DNA of 11,057 nucleotides from a virus, in the UHGV virus genome UHGV-0152719; one strand, written 5' to 3'. Shown here in pieces: positions 7,325 through 11,057 of this stretch. Each line of letters begins with the position of its first letter. The first letter of the stretch is position 1. The translations under genes were made by a program, and so were the position numbers. Under the pieces are notes generated by a model that was given only the letters and a program-made list of their open reading frames with translations, searched no databases and was not told the origin of the DNA.

Positions 7325-7505
7325 TGTATTGCTCTCCCTCCGCTATTAACCATGCCGACACATTGCCGGAAAGACGCGCCAGAAGACTGGAAATCGCGGA
7401 TATATCGGCATCCGTAAGTTTGTCAGGGTATACCTCAAGAAGGCGGCAAATGATTTCAACCTGCTGCGCTCTTTCCGCAATTTCGTTTAATGTAAACTCC
7501 TGCAT
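7314..7505 (-). CDS. Hypothetical protein (63 aa)
   Basis: ORF with AAGGGG SD about 9 nt upstream of ATG at 7505; overlaps the next gene by 11 nt. Confidence 0.45.
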   Translation of the reverse strand: MQEFTLNEIAERAQQVEIICRLLEVYPDKLTDADISAISSLLARLSGNVSAWLIAEGEQYNEQ

Positions 7506-7508
7506 TAA

Positions 7509-7691
7509 TTACACCCCTTTTAATTCATGTACTGCTGCAATAATTACATGTGATAAACCTGCTTTACCGGAATTACTGATTAGTGAATCAATCGCCGCTT
7601 GCATATTAACGGCCTTCACGTTCTGCGTTATTCCGATGGTGTAGCCGCGTTTATTAACTGCACGGGCAAATACGCGGAAGGTTTTAAGCAT
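7509..7691 (-). CDS. Hypothetical protein (60 aa)
   Basis: ATG at 7691 overlaps the stop of the upstream 65-aa gene (ATGCTTAA); operon context. Confidence 0.45.
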   Translation of the reverse strand: MLKTFRVFARAVNKRGYTIGITQNVKAVNMQAAIDSLISNSGKAGLSHVIIAAVHELKGV

Positions 7692-7881
7692 GACTCACTC
7701 CCTGGCGGATTTTTGCAGCGAATACAGCAACACAACCGGACGGGCAACGGCTACGCGCTTCGCGTTCCGTCCAGGCGGTTACGTGGATGATTTGAGATTC
7801 TCCGGCACTCAGTGCCAGAAAACGCCACACAAAGGCCGTTTGTGTGTGTACAAGGTGTGGTATATGATTTACAGCAACCAT
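7684..7881 (-). CDS. Hypothetical protein (65 aa), first gene of the minus-strand replication operon
   Basis: Corresponds to the C-terminal 65 codons of the 356-aa track ORF; internal ATG at 7881 is preceded by a canonical AGGAG SD (ctAGGAGccgttATG); the remaining upstream part of the long ORF is low-complexity and antisense to better-supported plus-strand genes. Confidence 0.5.
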   Translation of the reverse strand: MVAVNHIPHLVHTQTAFVWRFLALSAGESQIIHVTAWTEREARSRCPSGCVAVFAAKIRQGVSHA

Positions 7882-8071
7882 AACGGCTCCTAGTTTACGT
7901 TGTTGGTTAGACGCCCCGTATGTGTTCCCAGCACTGCGGGGCGTTGCTCTTTGTATTTCAACAATCCTTTCGGTGTGTTTCATGTTATGAGCACATGAAA
8001 CACACGTCAAGGCTTTTTGTATTTCTTTTTTTGTGTATACTGAAACACACCGATGATTAGGAGTTTCAGAA
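7882..8071. promoter_or_regulatory. Divergent promoter/operator region between the minus-strand replication operon and the plus-strand regulator genes
   Basis: Perfect 12-bp inverted repeat gtgtgtttcatg-(9 bp)-catgaaacacac at 7973-8005 plus a third half-site tgaaacacac at 8041-8050; minus-strand sigma70-like promoter TTGACG (8005-8010) -17 bp- TAACAT (7982-7987) overlapping the palindrome; plus-strand -10-like TATACT at 8036-8041; 8-bp stem hairpin acgccccg...cggggcgt (7911-7944) in the minus-strand leader. Confidence 0.5.
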
Positions 8072-8377
8072 ATGGCAACGGCTAACAAAAACGCAAAATC
8101 ACAACTGACAACTGTCAGAGTCCCACTAGATGTTATGCAAGGGATGGAATCCGTTAAGCTGGACGGTGAAAGCAATGCCGGATTTATCGTAACCGCCATG
8201 CGCGGAGAAATAGCCCGCCGCCAAGCAGAAGGCAGCGGAGAAAATCCCCTTGTGTCGTCACTGGATGCCCTGGCTAAGGTCGAACAAATCGGCATCAAAG
8301 CAGCCGAGGAGATCGGGCAACTCGTCACCGTCGCGCGTGAAGAACTCCAGCGACGCAAGGTCAAAGAGCATGAATAG
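8072..8377 (+). CDS. Putative ribbon-helix-helix-like DNA-binding protein (101 aa), candidate island regulator
   Basis: AGGAG SD 8 nt upstream of ATG; N-terminal TTVRVPLDVMQGMESVKLDGESNAGFIVTAMRGEIARRQ fits a beta-strand/helix/helix Arc/CopG-like pattern (inference only); divergent from the replication operon. Confidence 0.5.
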   Translation: MATANKNAKSQLTTVRVPLDVMQGMESVKLDGESNAGFIVTAMRGEIARRQAEGSGENPLVSSLDALAKVEQIGIKAAEEIGQLVTVAREELQRRKVKEHE

Positions 8378-8434
8378 CCAATATCAGCGCCATAGTTTGA
8401 GGAACGCAGGCGCATTGCTTTACAGGACAGCACC

Positions 8435-8614
8435 ATGAGCGACACAGAATCAACCAAAACACCATCACCAACTCGTAAGAGACGACGCAAAAATATAGCG
8501 CATGAACATGAATCAGAAAGATTCGCACCTTGTTCGTTTGCTCTTGAGAAATTCCTTAAAGAGCACAGGAAAAAGCTCTCGTTGCAAACCTTGGAACGAA
8601 CCAAATCTGACTGA
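8435..8614 (+). CDS. Hypothetical small basic protein (59 aa)
   Basis: Not in the supplied ORF track (below its apparent length cut-off); ATG at 8435 with AGGA-like SD upstream, in line with the preceding gene and followed by an intrinsic terminator; contains a KRRRK basic stretch. Confidence 0.4.
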   Translation: MSDTESTKTPSPTRKRRRKNIAHEHESERFAPCSFALEKFLKEHRKKLSLQTLERTKSD

Positions 8615-8670
8615 TCACATTGCCCACCAGCCGCAAATGTGGCATTGTTGGTGATGCTTTTGTTTTCCCT

Positions 8671-8700
8671 TGTTCCCACTGGCGACCCTTTTGCGGTCGC
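8671..8700 (+). terminator. Rho-independent terminator of the plus-strand two-gene unit
   Basis: ggcgacc-cttttgc-ggtcgcc stem-loop followed by tttgttttg. Confidence 0.6.
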
Positions 8701-8710
8701 CTTTGTTTTG

Positions 8711-9289
8711 TCACTGAATGCGGTTACCAAAGTAAAACTCAGGCTGATATTCACGTATCAGCCTTTTTTCTTCTTCCTCCAGCTCACGCTTTTTGCGCTT
8801 ACATGCCTGTAGCTCCCTCCCCTTCTCGCTGGCACTTATTTGATATTGCTCTTTACGGCGGGAAAAATCCTGTAATGCACCCCACGGGATACCATAAGCC
8901 CCCGTTTTTCTGATACCTGGTATCACATTTCTGAATACCCAGTTACTGAAACGATGAGCAAATGTGCCCGGCGTCGTTGCTTTGCGGCTGCGGGCTATTA
9001 GTTTGTAGAAACCTGACTCAGAGATAATTCTCATATTCTGATTTCCTCCTGGGGTGTAAGTTAAATTTACTCCCTTTTCATCATCATCAAGCATCTGCAA
9101 CGCCGTACGCGAATTGGTTAGTTCCAGCGCAGCACAAACATCTTTTGCAACAAACCACGGATCGCCGTTCAGATACACCACACGAACGTTCACACTATCA
9201 AAGCGCAGAACGACGAGATCACGAATATCGCAGAATTTTTTCACTGGACGAGCGTACCCCTTGCCCGTCACGGCAATATTTTTATTCAT
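8711..9289 (-). CDS. Bro-N domain protein (phage antirepressor-like), 192 aa
   Basis: N-terminal region VVLRFDSVNVRVVYLNGDPWFVAKDVCAALEL...LQMLDDDEKGV matches the Bro-N/antirepressor N-terminal domain pattern; C-terminal charged coiled-coil-like tail. Confidence 0.75.
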   Translation of the reverse strand: MNKNIAVTGKGYARPVKKFCDIRDLVVLRFDSVNVRVVYLNGDPWFVAKDVCAALELTNSRTALQMLDDDEKGVNLTYTPGGNQNMRIISESGFYKLIARSRKATTPGTFAHRFSNWVFRNVIPGIRKTGAYGIPWGALQDFSRRKEQYQISASEKGRELQACKRKKRELEEEEKRLIREYQPEFYFGNRIQ

Positions 9290-9307
9290 CGCGTTTTTAC
9301 CTTATAG

Positions 9308-9333
9308 ACAAAAAACCCCTCGTGATGAGGGGT
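9308..9333 (-). terminator. Hairpin with flanking A/T tracts (bidirectional terminator-like) between alpA and the Bro-N gene
   Basis: cccctc-gtgat-gagggg stem-loop (9316-9332) with acaaaaaa on one side (a T-tract on the minus strand) and tattattt on the other. Confidence 0.5.
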
Positions 9334-9345
9334 ATTATTTACTGG

Positions 9346-9603
9346 TTATTGCTGTTTTGTTTTTCCAGGTTTCCATCCAGGATGCCACTCACCACGGATC
9401 CATGCCTGAACCTCTGAAAGTCGATACCCTGCAGCACGTTCACCGATCTTGATACGTCGCGGGAATTTACCTGCCTGCTCCATTTTCCAGCGTGTTGAGT
9501 TTGCCAGCGTGGTAAGTGCTATGCACTCTTTTTCACGAATGAACCGATCAATGTCCTTCATTGTGCGCAAATCGTTTTCATCAACAAGAGAATAAATTGC
9601 CAT
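9346..9603 (-). CDS. alpA: AlpA-family transcriptional regulator / excisionase-like protein
   Basis: 85 aa with HTH IALTTLANSTRWKMEQAGKFPRRIKIGERAAGYRLSEVQAWI typical of AlpA (prophage CP4-57 regulatory protein family); AAGAGG SD; immediately downstream of the integrase. Confidence 0.8.
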   Translation of the reverse strand: MAIYSLVDENDLRTMKDIDRFIREKECIALTTLANSTRWKMEQAGKFPRRIKIGERAAGYRLSEVQAWIRGEWHPGWKPGKTKQQ

Positions 9604-9604
9604 A

Positions 9605-10846
9605 TCACACCACCTCTTTATTAAGCTCGATAACGTTGTTGTTAAATCCTGCTATCGTATTAAGGTAATTAACCCACATATTAAGCACCTCAAGTTTTTT
9701 CTTTATATGCCTGCTTTTATTGTAAACACCAGCAACCCCTTTCACTTTATGACCTAAAAGAAGTTCGACAATATAAGGATCCGCCCCCATATCATTAAGC
9801 GTAGTGGAAAATGTGCGCCTGAAATCATGTATGCACCACAAGCCATTAGTATCATGACCAAGACGCCTGCATATTCTGTTTGCAGCCCCTGTTATTGTCG
9901 CCCTTTGCAAAGCACAACCGACAACATAACCGCAATTTTTTGTTTCTGCGTAAAGATTAACGATCCATTGTTTTATTCCGTCAGGAACAGGCCTTACTAT
10001 AGCCTCCTTGTTTTTGCTGTGCTCTTTTGGGACTGTCCATACCCAGTTTTTTAAATCCCATTCGTCCCAGGTGGATAGCCTCGCCTCCTGCTGTCGGCAA
10101 CCAAACACCAGGCAGATAACCATTATTCTTCGGTTATATATTGATGACAGAGTTAGCAAATTATTACCGTAAGCATAAGACCATACATCAGCGGTTTCAT
10201 TGATATTAAGAACGCGATCCCTTATACCGGATGAGCGCCCGACATAACTTACGTTAATATCTCCAAAGGGATCGCACGCGATGTATTGCCTGACGCGACA
10301 AAAACGCAACGCCTGTTTGATATCAAGAAAAATTGCACCAGACATAACAGGCGCATTTTTTTTGATCCTGTCAAAGACGGTAAGCCATGTGTGTAATTTG
10401 CACTGTTCTATAGCCATATCACCGATATAGGGGAAGATATGCTTTTCAAATCGTTTTATTAAATATTCATGCTCTTTTCTGGCTGTTGTGGCGTGATTGT
10501 CGTACCAGTAAAACAGCGCATCCCTTACGGTCACTGGTTGCATAGTTTTTTCGGCAGCAAGTTTTATTTGCCTGCGGGGGTCCAGATTTTCAGCCAGCCA
10601 TTCACGGCACTGATCACGCATGCGCCTGGCCGTTGCAAGAGACATGTCAGGATAGCGACCAAGTGTAAGCCATACCGGAGGGGATTCCCTGCCACCAAGA
10701 CGATAGTAAAAAACAAAGCTGATCCCCCCAACCATGCTTACACGCACAGACAACCCGCGCCCATCCGCTATTGTTTTTTGTTTGTCCTGCCGTTTTCCGA
10801 CAAGACTCTTTAACAGTTTGTCACTGAGTTTGTTTTCAATAGCCAT
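9605..10846 (-). CDS. int: Tyrosine site-specific integrase, P4-type
   Basis: 413 aa; N-terminal P4-integrase-like arm-binding region (MAIENKLSDKLLKSL...GRGLSVRV); catalytic-domain motifs including HDFRRTFST and the GVAGVYNKS tyrosine region; GAGGG SD upstream. Confidence 0.9.
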   Translation of the reverse strand: MAIENKLSDKLLKSLVGKRQDKQKTIADGRGLSVRVSMVGGISFVFYYRLGGRESPPVWLTLGRYPDMSLATARRMRDQCREWLAENLDPRRQIKLAAEKTMQPVTVRDALFYWYDNHATTARKEHEYLIKRFEKHIFPYIGDMAIEQCKLHTWLTVFDRIKKNAPVMSGAIFLDIKQALRFCRVRQYIACDPFGDINVSYVGRSSGIRDRVLNINETADVWSYAYGNNLLTLSSIYNRRIMVICLVFGCRQQEARLSTWDEWDLKNWVWTVPKEHSKNKEAIVRPVPDGIKQWIVNLYAETKNCGYVVGCALQRATITGAANRICRRLGHDTNGLWCIHDFRRTFSTTLNDMGADPYIVELLLGHKVKGVAGVYNKSRHIKKKLEVLNMWVNYLNTIAGFNNNVIELNKEVV

Positions 10847-10864
10847 TAAAAGCCCTCAAGAGAT

Positions 10865-10918
10865 TTGCAATACACACCCACCCCGATCGCCAATTTGCAA
10901 TACACATTGCAATACACA
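10865..10918. repeat. Three direct copies of TTGCAATACACA motif upstream of int (partner of 89-110 repeats)
   Basis: ttgcaatacacac 10865-10877, ttgcaatacaca 10895-10906, ttgcaatacacaaa 10907-10920; same motif and orientation as the two copies at 89-110; candidate att-arm / recombination-directionality or int-promoter operator sites. Confidence 0.5.
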
Positions 10919-11057
10919 AAACCGCGAAAAACTGGAAAGGTGATGAACGGTCATCAAAAGCATGGAAAACGACATTCCAGACGCAGCAAGGGTTTCAGTG
11001 GAGTTGGCGAACGATGCGGGCAACTACGGTGAGATGATAGACATAAATCGCCTTCAC

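Larger units (their letters stand above)
89..10918 (-). mobile_element. Putative phage satellite / PICI-like island (integrase, AlpA, primase-helicase, ori, capsid, decoration, TerS, cos); boundaries approximate
   Basis: Gene content and order: P4-type integrase plus AlpA at one end, P4-alpha-like primase with adjacent iterons, lambda-like capsid/decoration/TerS/cos at the other; no TerL, portal, tail or lysis genes; GCAATACAC direct repeats near both ends. No tRNA seen at either end. Confidence 0.6.

Noticed and set aside
7690-7893. 67-aa plus-strand ORF
   Set aside because: Entirely antisense to the better-supported minus-strand 65-aa gene with a canonical RBS; no RBS of its own.
7951-8040. 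P2 Ogr/P4 Delta-type late-promoter dyad (TGT-N12-ACA)
   Set aside because: The palindrome present has different spacing and sequence (12-bp arms separated by 9 bp); it does not fit the Ogr/Delta element.
7684-8754. 356-aa minus-strand ORF
   Set aside because: Low-complexity Ser/Cys-rich translation, antisense to two plus-strand genes with good RBSs and a terminator; only its last 65 codons (7684-7881) are retained as a gene.
9114-9452. Plus-strand ORFs of 112 and 90 aa
   Set aside because: Antisense to the Bro-N and alpA genes and spanning the terminator hairpin; no independent support.
10962-11057. Partial plus-strand ORF (MENDIPDAARVSVELANDAGNYGEMIDINRLH...) running off the right end
   Set aside because: Only 32 codons visible, no clear Shine-Dalgarno, not assignable; may be flanking host or island gene but cannot be supported from this window.

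Overview
The window reads as one compact, densely packed mobile element of about 10.8 kb: a phage satellite / phage-inducible chromosomal island (PICI- or P4-like). Nearly all genes are on the minus strand. From right to left it carries: (i) a P4-type tyrosine integrase followed by an AlpA-family excisionase/regulator and a Bro-N antirepressor-like gene; (ii) a short plus-strand pair (a ribbon-helix-helix-like protein and a 59-aa basic protein) transcribed divergently from (iii) a minus-strand operon of five small ORFs ending in a 584-aa P4-alpha-like primase-helicase; (iv) an array of ten 8-bp iterons (GGTAGAGG/CCTCTACC) around an AT-rich core immediately 3' of the primase gene, the likely origin; (v) an SSB-like protein; (vi) a morphogenesis/packaging module with a lambda gpE-like major capsid protein, a gpD-like decoration protein, a second AlpA-family HTH protein, a sequence strikingly similar to the phage lambda cos site, and a lambda Nu1-like small terminase subunit. 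No large terminase, portal, protease, scaffold, tail or lysis genes are present, so the element appears to depend on a lambdoid cos helper phage while supplying its own packaging-specificity and capsid-shell components. GCAATACAC direct repeats occur at both window ends (89-110 and 10865-10918) and may mark the att/recombination regions. A roughly 900-bp stretch (120-1019) has no credible ORF but is rich in palindromes. All homology calls come from reading the translated ORFs and the DNA against remembered family sequences (lambda E, D, Nu1, cos; E. coli SSB; P4 integrase/alpha); no database search was run.
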